From NCBI GenBank assembly GCA_965235115.1, contig OZ249436.1:17424001-17484000 (forward strand): 60,000 bases of DNA, read 5' to 3'. Position 1 is the first letter of the stretch, and the number at the start of each line of letters is the position of its first letter. The stretch comes from Laetmonice hystrix (Eukaryota). The position numbers and the translations under genes were made by a program. Positions 48,480 to 60,000 of the stretch are shown in pieces. Under the pieces are notes generated by a model, which was given only the letters and a program-made list of their open reading frames with translations, searched no databases and was not told the origin of the DNA.

Positions 48480-50100
48480 AGGGAGCTGTCAGTGGCGGGG
48501 AGTACTCTCATAGAGAGTGGTTCCTCCCGGGAGGGGAGCTGTCAGTGACGGGGAGTACTCTCATAGAGAGTGATTCCTCCCGGGAGGTGAGCTGTCAGTG
48601 ACGGGGAGTACTCTCATAGAGAGTGGTTCCTCCCGGGAGGGGAGCTGTCAGTGACGGGGAGTACTCTCATAGAGAGTGGTTCCTCCCGGGAGGTGAGCTG
48701 TCAGTGGCGGGGAGTACTCTCATAGAAAGTGGTTCCTCCCAAGAGGTGAGCTGTCAGTGGCGGGGAGTACTCTGGGAGCTGTCAGTAACGGGGAGTACTC
48801 TCATAGGGAGTGGTTCCTCCCGGGAGGTGAGCTGTCAGTGGCGGGGGGGTACTCTCATAGAGAGTGGTTCCTCCCGGGAGGTGAGCTGTCAGTGGCGGGG
48901 AGTACTCTGGGAGCTGTCAGTGGCGGGGGGTACTCTCATAGAGAGTGGTTCCTCCCGGGAGGTGAGCTGTCAGTGGCGGGGAGTACTCTCATAGAGAGTG
49001 GTTCCTCCCGGGAGGGGAGCTGTCAGTGACGGGGAGTACTCTCATAGAGAGGGGTTCCTCCCGGGAGGTGAGATGTCAGTGACGGGGATTACTCTCATAG
49101 AGAGTGGTTCCTCCCGGGAGGGGAGCTGTCAGTGGCGGGGAGTACTCTCATAGAGAGTGGTTCCTCCCGGGGGGTGAGCTGTCAGTGACGGGGAGTACTC
49201 TCATAGAGAGTGGTTCCTCCCGGGAGGTGAGCTGTCAATGACGGGGAGTACTCTCATAGAGAATGGTTCCTCCCGGGAGGTGAGCTGTCAGTGGCGGGGA
49301 GTACTCTCATAGAGAGTGGTTCCTCCCGGGGGGTGAGCTGTCAGTGACGGGGAGTACTCTGGGAGCTGTCAGTGACGGGGATTACTCTCATAGAGAGTGG
49401 TTCCTCCCGGGGGGTGAGCTGTCAGTGACGGGGAGTACTCTGGGAGCTGTCAGTGACGGGGATTACTCTCATAGAGAGTGGTTCCTCCCGGGAGGTGAGC
49501 TGTCAGTGGCGGGGAGTACTCTGGGAGCTGTCAGTGACGGGGACTACTCTCATAGAGAGTGGTTCCTCCCGGGAGGTGAGCTGTCAATGACGGGAGTACT
49601 CTCATAAAGAGTGGTTCCTCCCGGGAGGTGAGCTGTCAATGACGGGGAGTACTCTCATAGAGAGTGGTTCCTCCCGGGAGGTGAGCTGTCAGTGACGGGG
49701 AGTACTCTCATAGAGAGTGGTTCCTCCCGGGAGGTGAGCTGTCAATGACGGGGAGTACTCTCATAGAGAGTGGTTCCTCCCGGGAGGTGAGCTGTCAGTG
49801 ACGGGGAGTACTCTCATAGAGAGTGGTTCCTCCCGGGAGGGGAGCTGTCAGTGACGGGGAGTACTCTCATAGAGAGTGGTTCCTCCCGGGGGGTGAGCTG
49901 TCAGTGACGGGGAGTACTCTCATAGAGAGTGGTTCCTCCCGGGAGGTGAGCTGTCAATGACGGGGAGTACTCTCATAGAGAGTGGTTCCTCCCGGGAGGT
50001 GAGCTGTCAGTGACGGGGGGTACTCTCATAGAGAGTGGTTCCTCCCGGGAGGTGAGCTGTCAGTGACGGGGAGTACTCTAATAGAGAGTGGCTCCTCCCA
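48480..50100. repeat. Minisatellite, 53-bp unit (plus ~28-bp short variant), ~31 copies
   Basis: GAGCTGTCAGTGACGGGGAGTACTCTCATAGAGAGTGGTTCCTCCCGGGAGGT at 48483, 48536... Confidence 0.97.
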
Positions 50101-50344
50101 GGAGAATGTCACCTTCAGAGGGCGTGGTCCTTCAGAATGGAGGGAGGTTCCCAAAGGACAGTGGGTTATTGAAGGACTCCTGGTCGTCCTCCTGTGTGGA
50201 AGGGGCGGGGCGGGGTCAGGCCGGGTTAGCCAGACACCACCTGTGGCACAGCACTGGAGGAGTGACTGGAGGCAGGAGGTGTCCTCACACGAGGTCACGG
50301 GGTTACACCCTGGCGGAGGAGGGAGGAACGAATCCACCTGGGTC

Positions 50345-50388
50345 TTTTTCTGTCTGTCTCTCTCTCTCTGTCTCTCTCTCTTAATGTC

Positions 50389-50419
<31 letters not shown>

Positions 50420-50500
50420 GAGTCCTCTCTTTCTGTGTATCTCCCTCTCTCTCCCTCTTTCACTCTGTCTCTCTCCCCCTTTCTCTCTCTCCGTCTTCCT
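50345..50500. repeat. (CT)n/(CTGT)n microsatellite
   Basis: Visible pyrimidine-rich simple repeat. Confidence 0.9.
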
Positions 50501-53500
50501 CTGTCGCCGGGGTCTAGCCAACCCCCCTTTCCACCCAACCACACTCCGTTTGTTTACGGAGCCTTGGCTCCATTGACGAAAAAATGGTTGGTGTGGGGGT
50601 TACAGCACATGTGGGGGTTGAGGTTACCGCACACTGTAGGAGGTCATGGTGCAGCGGCCATGTCGGAAAGAGAAAGTGGGGAGGAGATCAAAACTTGTGT
50701 TTGCTTGTCTACTTTAGTGACACATGAGAAGGTGTGGTTGGTAACTTGTTGTAGTTAGGTCGGTGTAAGCCTCTACATATATACAGAGGATCTAACTGTA
50801 CACAATCAACTGACGCCTTGTTTATTCTCTCAGACAGGGCGGTTTTTATTGACACCTGGTGGCGGGTGAAGGACAGAGAAAGGACAGGTGTATTACAGGT
50901 ACTGGGAGTCTGTCCTTGTGTGCCACTTACCGAGGCATGACTCACAATACATGACTCTATACCAGGGAAGGAGAGGGGTTGTCGGGGGTGTATTCACAGT
51001 CCCGGGTCTGTGTGTGACAGACTGCTGCTGTCATTGACAGGTACAACAAAGCTTCACTTCACCTAGAGGAAATATTTGTTTAAACACGGCTGGTTTTTTT
51101 ATTAGTTTGAAACTGGATGCGGGTCTGTTCTCTCCAGAGACATTGAGTCAGGTACATATTTAATTCACCAGTCGTATTCTATGACACGAAGAAAAAAAAA
51201 CCCAATTAGATCCATTGGGGGATGTGGTCTGGTGGGAATAGCGAAACCGTTCATCTCCATCGATTCGTACAATGTGTCGAGGAGGCAGTGAAAGAGACAG
51301 CCCCCTGCTGTGGACCGGGAGGCTGAGGGGGAGTATAGACTTGGTCTGTGGTCGGTAGGATGACATACAGGCCGGTGTGGGATTGAAAATAGATCACTTT
51401 TGGAAGGGTCCCGTCCATAATTGGAGGGTCCATTTTCACTATCACACCGGGACTGTAGGCACACCTGTGGGCAATCTACCTGTGGGTGTGGGTGCTCTCC
51501 GCTACCTGAAGTTTCTCAGATCGACCAACCTGTGTGTGCTTCACGGTCCCTCCTTTCTGACACTACCTCGGATTTCAAAATTAGATCTAGGTGTGAGTCA
51601 GGTTTAGCTGAAGTACTTATTGTACCGCCCCGACGATCTGTGCAGGTGTACCAGATTGCCAAGTCCCCTGGACTCTACCTGTGCAAGTTTACCTGTGCAG
51701 AACTACGTAAAATACGTGGACCCCTGGCCCATTCCAGATAGAACCTGGCATCCCTTGTGACCCTGGAGAAGCCTCCTCCAGAGAGCATGTCCTGGCCCAC
51801 TGGAGCGTGTCCCGACCCTCTGCTGTTCCACTCCAGTGCCCCAACCATCCAGTACCAGTTTGTTATCACTGTCACAGATCCACATTCCCAGGCGGTTATT
51901 AAAATGTGTTCATTACTAAACATGTTTACCTTCTACAGATAGGTACGCAGGCTATTTACGGAACTCAACATGACATGAACTAAGTGGTTTGTTTGTTGTT
52001 ATCAAGGGAAACGATCCCATGTAGAGGTAGATTGGCCGGGGGCCTGCTAGGTGCGGCCCAAGAGGTAGTAATCCTAGCATACCACTTCACCATTGATACG
52101 ATAGATGACTGACTGTTTCATCTAAAGTCTACCTCACACAACTCGAGCACCTGGGACTGGGACCTCCGTAAAAACAATTCGACCAGTCTCCTAGATCTGG
52201 GTAGAGCTCCAGGATGCATAGTCAGTCCAACAATTCGATTTACATTATGAACTTCATGATTTTACTGAAATAATATTAAAGTGTATTGGAAATACATTGA
52301 CCTGTTCTCCTTACTTTCGTTGAACATTTCGTTGCAGTCAGAACCGGAGAGGGGCTACCCTCCAATGGGTAGTGGGTAGATAAAGCCCTACAGGTGGGAG
52401 GTCAAAGATTTCTCATTACCCAAACCCCAGGATAGTGTCGGCGCTTTGATGTATGTGGATCAGTCAGGGCGAACACACAGGTAATTGACACCTGTATCGA
52501 CACCTGTAAGGTAGCTGCTCCCTGTCCAGGTGTTTGCAGGTGTTCAGTATGTATGTAAGTGGGATACGTCCTACCCTCATCATGACTTACAGCATGTAAT
52601 CAGGGTTCAACCACTAATTGTTGTACCCCATGGGGTTGGTTGGGGTATGAAGGAGTGTAGGGTTGGATTCAGGGGGTGTCTGTGGCGTAATGAGGGGTAT
52701 TTGATAGTCCTTTAGGAACTCTACCCCCTCCCTGTGTGACACGGCTGTTCGTGCGGCGTGTTTATAGGGTCATTATCATGTAAATCATGTCACTTGACCT
52801 TAATGACTGTAGTCGCATGCTTTCAAGGCATTACCTGACGTTGACACCACGTCATTCTCCTTGGGTGGGGTGGGACGAGGTATGGGAGGGGGAGGGGGCT
52901 GGGTGTGTGTGTGGAAGCACCACTTTCTTTGTAACCTACATGAGTGAAGTCCCAGGGCAACAATCCTTGATCTTCACACGGGTGTGTGTGTACCCCCCCC
53001 CCCCCCCGCCACCCTACACCTCCACCCCCGTACCCTAACACAAGATTATAGAGAACCCAGCCGTTTTCTTGTCTTCCTCACATTCGTAGAATGTGAGAGT
53101 ATAGACTAAGCTAAAAATAGCGATGAATGCATAAAACAGGAGACCACCTGGCTGAGGTCATAGGTCAGCCAGGTTGACCCTAGCCAAGGTGGACTGAGTT
53201 GACCCGATCAAAGTGACCGTTGTCATGTGAGTTATGTCACACATGTCCCAGTCTGGGTCACACACACTCTGACCAGTTGAAAGTTTTCATGTCGACTATG
53301 TCCGCAGGGCTGGGTCCTTGGCAGTATGTTTTCCTTTTTAATTAAACTAAAAATTTTAATCTACCCCTCCCAAAACAGCACTCTCCTGACAGAGAGGTCC
53401 CTGGTCGGGTCACAGAGGAGGGTGGCTGCAGGAGAGGCCCTCACCGGCAGAGGTGGAGAGTGGCCGGCTCACAAACTGCCACTCTTTCACCTGAGGCTAT

Positions 53501-56500
53501 TGTTGTGTGATCACACTGACAGCCCCAGGTCGTTCCTCCGTCACTCACGACATTCTGTCACTCACGGTTTCTGGATGATATATGTTTGTATGTTTATATG
53601 ACAGTTACCATGGTTTCCATCCTAATGTATTCAGCGAGACAGGGGCGTACAGTTAGATTTCTTGCACCGGTCTGAAATACCTAAAAATACAATTTTCTCA
53701 GAACGTCCTACACCTGTGACAAAAGTTCGTTTCAGCTCGTGGTCAGTGAACTTGGACCTGAGAACAGTTGACCCGTTGCCATGTCACTGACCCCCTGTTT
53801 GTTTCAATGGTTCCAGAAAAGCCTGGGTCCACAGATGTCCAGCTTGGCCCACATGTTTGCATCAGCAGCCAATGGCGTTCAGAACGGGGGCAACCACGTC
53901 GACGACAATGACGTAAGTATAACGTCACACTTTATCTCGTCATGACGGGCCAGACGATAGTTTTGCAGCATTCCGTAAGGAAATTTTGTGAAATGTATAC
54001 CTAAATGGGAAACGTTGGATATTCTCTGTGGTTCAGTAGCAAGGGAAGTCCTTAAATACTACAGCTGAGTAAAGAGCCTCAGTCTTAGGTAGAACTGGAG
54101 TTATCATGAGTATCGCGAGGCCATTTCGGTTTAATTCACTGGAGCCAACGCGGTTAGAACCGTAGAGACGAGAAAAATGTTGTTTTTGTTCGGTAGGTGT
54201 GTCCCCCACCCCCCTCCTACCCTGGATCCGCTAGTAGAACTGGACGCTACCATGCCTGTCACCTGTCGCCCACAATATACACGTAATTTATGTATAAAAT
54301 GTATATATTTATATAGATAAATCCCCCACAGCCGGATCACTCCCACAACATAGCGTTACGAAAAGGAAAGTCTTTCCATCCGATTACATTGTATTTGGCA
54401 CCATGCTGACTTGTGCCTATAGATACCGCCGATATGGCCCAGTCTGTGGCCCGGCGGAGGTGTACGTGAGTGACGATAGCTCGGAGGGGGAGGGGGGGGG
54501 GCGTTTCCGCTGTGGTCATGGCAACACGCTGACTCGTGCTTCTAGTCTGTGGTCGGTGAAAATGGAAGCAGTCAAGTGAACATGAGCTCAGCTGGCGAGG
54601 AAGGAAAAAACACTGTATGGCTTGAGGTCATGTGACACAAGAATGTCAAGTAGTGGTTTGTGGAAGTCTGTTGGCCATCTTTGGCTTTGTGACGTCACGT
54701 AAAGTAGGTCTGTGGTAGGACGGATAGCTTTGACCTATTTTGCGCGATTATTCCACTCAGGTGACTCTCTAAATAAACATTTTAAAACGTCAGTCGTTCA
54801 GAGGTTGCTCCTGCTCGACTGCTGAGACCTGTGTATGGTAATGATGATGTGTGGGCCTGAGGTTAGCTCTGTATGCATGGGTTTATGTAAGTCAGGCTTA
54901 TAGCAAAATGAGTCCTAATGTAGCCTAGGCCTACAGTGTACGAATCATGAGGATGGTCCTCTAGATGGTTTTAGGGCTACTTACCGCTAGCCACCCTAGA
55001 CATTGATCAGGGAAAACCTTTAAAATAAAGTTGGAACCATGTTTGCAGTCAGGGAGACTCAGGGATTGGGGGGAAAAGAAAAATGGGGGAATTCGGCAGT
55101 GACACAGGAAGGCCTATTATGCCTAATTTAATTTGCGAGTAGGCCTAGATCTAGGTTAAGATGTGACAGTAGGCCTATGTCCTATAGGTTGTGTTTGTTT
55201 TCTGTTTATAAACTTCCGGGAACCCTGCGAGTTTGTTTGGGGTTGATTGGGATTATGCAGCTCGTTTGGGGTTGATTGTGATCCGTGAATATTGATTCGG
55301 GTTCATGCAGAGATTTAGACAAAGATTGCAGGTATCGTTTGGTGGCGCCACCCCGCGGCAATCCTGGCAGCATGGAGCGGCCGCGGCCAGGTTGACCCAG
55401 TCTGGCTCACATTGACCCAGTTTAACGATGTTGACCCAGTTTTAGGGTTAAGAAGGTAGAGGTATGAAAGCAGGGAGTGGCACTGTTTCCTGGTTGATAG
55501 GCCTACCTGACGACTGAAACCACGTCTACCGACACCACCACACACCACCACACCCACACCGCCACTGACACCACCACACACCACCACACCCACACCGTCA
55601 GGACACCCAGTCCGCTCCCCCCGTACTCTTCCATAATGTTGGATTTACTTTTTTTATTTCCCACTTGAACAAAGATGTATTATAAACGTTCCCTGCGTTA
55701 CGTAAAAACGTTGCAGCCAGTGCTTTAGTGCCTTCCAAAAGCAGAGCTGTCAGACACCACAGATTAATGTAGTAGGGCCTACTACGTCTGAGATTCTATA
55801 GGGGCGGACTGATAAAAGGCATCATTTGTTTTGAATCACGGACAGAGGTTATAAAGCGCAGGTAATGCGGACCACGCCTTAGGCTACAAGAAGTCTTAGG
55901 CCTACTGTTGATTAGGTAGAAATTAAGTCGTGATCATTCATTATGAATATCATAATAATCTATATCTGTTTCTAAAAGTCTGTCGCTATTCGCAAACACA
56001 CACAGAACAAACTTAAATCTTTACGTCAGACTTGTCAGACTTAGTGTCCGTAGTTGTGTATTATAAAGTGAGGTTTTAAAAGGGAAATAGGTTTAGGAAA
56101 CGTTGAGACGTGCCCCGAGGAGATACAGACAGGTATGTAAACTGTCTGTCTGTCTCATGTCGATCCGAGCGCCTGAGGCGACAGACGTCTCGTGTAGGCT
56201 ACCGGTCACATAGTTCTGTATCGGTCACATTTATAACTTTACTAAGCCTACATGCCCAGCTTTATTCATACGACCGACGGACTGTTGTAGATAAAGTCGA
56301 AAAGAAATATAGAAGTCAGCCACAAACATTTGGATCCGCAGGGTAGGAATATTTCTGAACGTTGTATAGGCCTGCTTACCCAGAGCGTGTCTGTAGACGT
56401 TTGGCAGGAAATTACCTCCTGTGTAATTATGGCTTGGAATTTACAACATAAACGATGGGAAGAAAAATAATACGTTGTTATATTAGTAGATTGTATTGTC

Positions 56501-58427
56501 GTGGTGAGATCCCAGCGACTTGTGAAGGATTGATATACGGAATAATGACAGGATGGTGGTCAGGTTAGAGTTAGTTCAGAATTACAAAGGTATATTTGTG
56601 TATGTACAACATTCCTTAGGGTGAAAAACTGGCTGCCTTAGTGTGAAAAAGTGTTTTAAAGAGTTGTAGCAGCTAATTTATAAGAAACGGCTGAGTCGGT
56701 GAGATTTCCCCCCGCCAGTCACCATTTAGTAGAAGCTCCCCCCCCCCCCCGACGATCTCCTGCAGGGGTTGGAGTTCACTCAGACCTGGGGCGCCACCAC
56801 ATGGTCGTTGCTCGAACCTTTTCTGTTTTTGTTGACAGTTTATTTTAATCTAGGTGCGTGGGAATTTTACCCACGGAATTTACAACCTGTGGCCATCCAT
56901 CTGTGGATGGTAGCGTTAGGAACCAAGATTCATACTTTTGAAAAGCCTCCTCGTGTTAAAGGAATCGATTCATATCCCGGTCAGTGTGGAGGATTGTGAA
57001 CGGTTAGGGCAGGGTTAGGGGCAGCGATAGGTGTTTTGAGGGAAGTCTGGGGACCGGGAGAAGTAAGGTTTGGGACGAGTTCGTCAGCTGTAAGTGCTGG
57101 CAGAGTGATGATATCAGTAGTCGACCATCGTGTCGCCGGGTCGATTAATGTCACAATTAACCGTGAGTTATGAGGCGCCGACTGACTGCTTGATCTGTAC
57201 ATGTACCCGGGGTGGGTGGGGGTGAGAGTCAGCAGGTGTCGCAATGGTCCACGGCCAGCGGGTGGTCGGAGAGGATCTGTGAGATGTGCACTCAATCTCA
57301 CCTGATGCTATGACACCTCGAGGTGGGAGGGTGAACACCCCCGGACCATCCCATACAGGTGTAAGATACTTCACCCGAGGGGCGTCTTTGGTAGCGCCGA
57401 GTTTATTGTTAAGATCTACACAGATTCTATATATACATTTTGTAATTTGAAATAGGCCTATACCCGGTACCCATTATTGAAATGTACCCATTATTGAAAT
57501 GTACCCGGTATACCTATTATTGAAATGTACCGGGTACCCTTTATTGAAATGTACCCGGTATCCGTTATCGTCACTGAATATTAGGCGGTATGTATTTCCA
57601 TAGTCTCCAGGGCCGCAGCCTGGCCAAAATACGCCGTGAGGGGTGGGGGGCAGTGACTCTGGGCAAGTACCAGCTAGGTTGGGGATTCCATTAAAAATGA
57701 AAATCCCAGGGGGCAGCCACCCTTGCCCCCTCCCCCTCGCATACGGCCACTCCTAAATCTGCACTGCTCAGTACAATTACTTGGTGTTGTAATCAAGTTA
57801 GGGTTGTCTTTTATATTTTTATCTGATCCTATCTCTGAGGACGAGGATGTAAGAAGTAAGGTGGTTTTGTCTCAGTAGAGTTCCCCCCCTATGTCACTGA
57901 TCGGGATACTCGACAAGAACTCGGCTATACTCGGCCATACTAACTCTGATAGTGTTCCACATCACTGCGGGCAAGGAATTTCCTTCTGGTTTACTTTTTA
58001 AATCTAGTGGAAATTCAGTTTATTTAGACTACGTAATCAAATGAAGTAGTTGGCTGGACTCTTACCAAAGAGCGTTCTATTACCACGGGTGACATTGACA
58101 TTGTGACATTGAAATGTTTCACACACAGAGCGTCAATGAAAAACACCATGTAGCCTACACCACCGAAAAAGAGAAAGGAAGTAAGAAAGACAGAAAAAAA
58201 ATACCCCCCCAAACAACAGCAATTCTAGCGAAATATCAAACTGCAAGTCACAAGGAGGTGTGTATAAAACACGAAGTTAATCTGACGATATTCCCAACTG
58301 TAATTGTTTACCAGGAAAGCGTTCCGTTTCGGCTCATGGACACACCATTCAAGATTCAGGGAACCAAGGCTATCTGAGACAGTTTCAGATATCTTAGAAC
58401 GCGCGAAGAAATGAGAGTTTTTGTCAG

Positions 58428-58505
58428 AGTTCCTGAAAACCGTCACCCCGGGCCGGACTTCACCGAACTGTCGCCCGTCCGCCGCGCCCTCTGGGGAGAA
58501 CTGAT
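58428..58505 (+). CDS. Candidate exon, 78 nt, phase 2-2 (VPENRHPGPDFTELSPVRRALWGEL)
   Basis: Acceptor gtttttgtcAG, donor GAT|GTAAGC; only the phase-2 frame is open, which matches the phase-2 end of the ATG exon at 45698-45708. Confidence 0.45.
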
Positions 58506-58830
58506 GTAAGCTAGCTGTTTGTGGTCAGCGGTCGGTCAGCGTCCGAACTCGTTCGGTGGTGGTGGTGGCACGCAGCGTCCCTAGCGGCGACTCCAGGAAC
58601 TACCGCAGGCCGGTCCACGCCTCGGAACCGTGGAGACCCTGAGCGATCGACTGGTTCCAGTCACGTGACAGGATGTGACCAGGTTTCCGGAGTTGTCGAG
58701 CCGTGATAAGGTCCCTGATTGAATGACCTCTGACCCTGGTTCCCTGATTGAATGACCTCTGACCTATGATCAGACGTGTGGCAGGTCTCGGTTGTTTCCA
58801 CGGGTTGTGACTCTGGGTTTGAGGAATCAA

Positions 58831-59098
58831 GACCGTGGTATTTTGAAGGTTGAAGCCCGGACCGTGGTGTTTTGAAGGTTGAAGCCCGGACCGTGGTGTT
58901 TTGAAGGTTGAAGCCCGGACCGTGGTGTTTTGAAGGTTGAAGCCCGGACCGTGGTGTTTTGAAGGTTGAAGCCCGGACCGTGGTGTTTTGAAAGTTGAAG
59001 CCCGGACCGTGGTGTTTTGAAGGTTGAAGCCCGGACCGTGGTGTTTTGAAAGTTGAAGCCCACGCCGTGTTGTTTTGAAGGTTAAAGGTTGAAGCCCG
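58831..59098. repeat. Minisatellite, 29-bp unit, ~9 copies
   Basis: GACCGTGGTGTTTTGAAGGTTGAAGCCCG at 58831, 58860... Confidence 0.95.
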
Positions 59099-59269
59099 GG
59101 TGATGGCGTTTTCTCCTCGGATGTACTGATATGGAATTCGTTTACGGGGTATTTAACACTGGTTGATAACTTTTAGGGGCGCGACCAAAACTGGGGGTTG
59201 TACGATCTCCTTGAATCGTCCCGGCGAGTTTACATTTCTGCTGCTATTGCAGCTGCATAATATGTTCCT

Positions 59270-60000
59270 ATGTGCTGCTGTGGGATGTGGTTGTGGACTG
59301 TGGCTGTGGACTGTGGGGTTTGACTGGGGATGCTGTGGCTGTGGGCTGTTGCTGCTGTGACTGTGGGTTGTGGGCTGTGGCTGGAGGTGTGGCTGCTATA
59401 CTGTGGCTGTAGGCTGGCTGTGACTGTGGGATGTGGACTGTGGCTGGGGGTGTGGCTGCTATACTGTGGCTGTAGGCTGGCTGTGACTGTGGGATGTGGG
59501 CTGTGGCTGGGGGTGTGGCTGCTATACTGTGGCTGTAGGCTGGCTGAGACTGTGGGTTGTGGGCTGTGGCTGGGGGTGTGGCTGCTGCTGCTATACTGTG
59601 GCTGTAGGCTGGCTGTGACTGTGGGATGTGGACTGTGGCTGGGGGTGTGGCTGCTATACTGTGGCTGTAGGCTGGCTGTGACTGTGGGATGTGGGCTGTG
59701 GCTGGGGGTGTGGCTGCTATACTGTGGCTGTAGGCTGGCTGTGACTGTGGGATGTGGGCTGTGGCTGGGGGTGTGGCTGCTATACTGTGGCTGTAGGCTG
59801 GCTGAGACTGTGGGTTGTGGGCTGTGGCTGGGGGTGTGGCTGCTATACTGTGGCTGTAGGCTGGCTGAGACTGTGGGTTGTGGGCTGTGGCTGGGGGTGT
59901 GGCTGCTGCTGCTATACTGTGGCTGTAGGCTGGCTGTGACTGTGGGATGTGGGCTGTGGCTGGGGGTGTGGCTGTAGGCTGGCTGTGACTGTGGGATGTG
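59270..60000. repeat. Minisatellite, ~63-bp unit built from (GTGGCT)-like hexamers, runs off the window
   Basis: 21-aa repeat in the spurious ORF 59330-59977; degenerate hexamer precursor at the left edge. Confidence 0.95.

Noticed and set aside
53308..53323. 16-nt microexon (ccgcAG...GCA|GTATGT)
   Set aside because: Weak pyrimidine tract and frame-shifting length; does not reconcile the phases of neighbouring candidate exons.
57608..57751. MITE with CAGGGCCGCA...TACGGCCACT termini
   Set aside because: Inverted match is short and imperfect and no TSD is evident; cannot be supported without a genome search.
1..60000. Autonomous transposon, retroelement, viral or prokaryotic defence system
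   Set aside because: No ORF with transposase, RT, integrase, Rep/helicase or nuclease motifs; all non-repeat ORFs are short.

Overview
Eukaryotic (metazoan) genomic DNA, probably a bilaterian invertebrate: it has CTCF-like motifs, Helentron-type non-autonomous elements and a SINE tail resembling those of molluscs, but the taxon is an inference. No operon, CRISPR array, rRNA or intact transposase is present. About 18 kb (~30%, hand estimate) is made of more than 25 unrelated minisatellite arrays with 19-108 bp units, and nearly all long ORFs in the track are artefacts of these arrays. The unique DNA looks like the last exon of an upstream gene (113-314), then promoter-like sequence (~0.9 and ~2.1 kb), then very large introns of an unidentified + strand gene with small frame-preserving exons (13460-13510, 20099-20152, 25265-25288, 58428-58505) and a probable alternative first exon (ATG at 45698). 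Two candidate spliced antisense units lie at 4.3-6.0 kb and 31.1-31.6 kb. The most notable signals are a high density of RFX X-box motifs (a tight cluster at 19.0 kb and an X-box minisatellite at 48.0 kb), minisatellites that multiply TF-motif-like or hairpin units, an array that almost exactly fills a candidate intron, and an array apparently amplified from a SINE 3' tail. No gene could be named and no new system is proven from the sequence alone.
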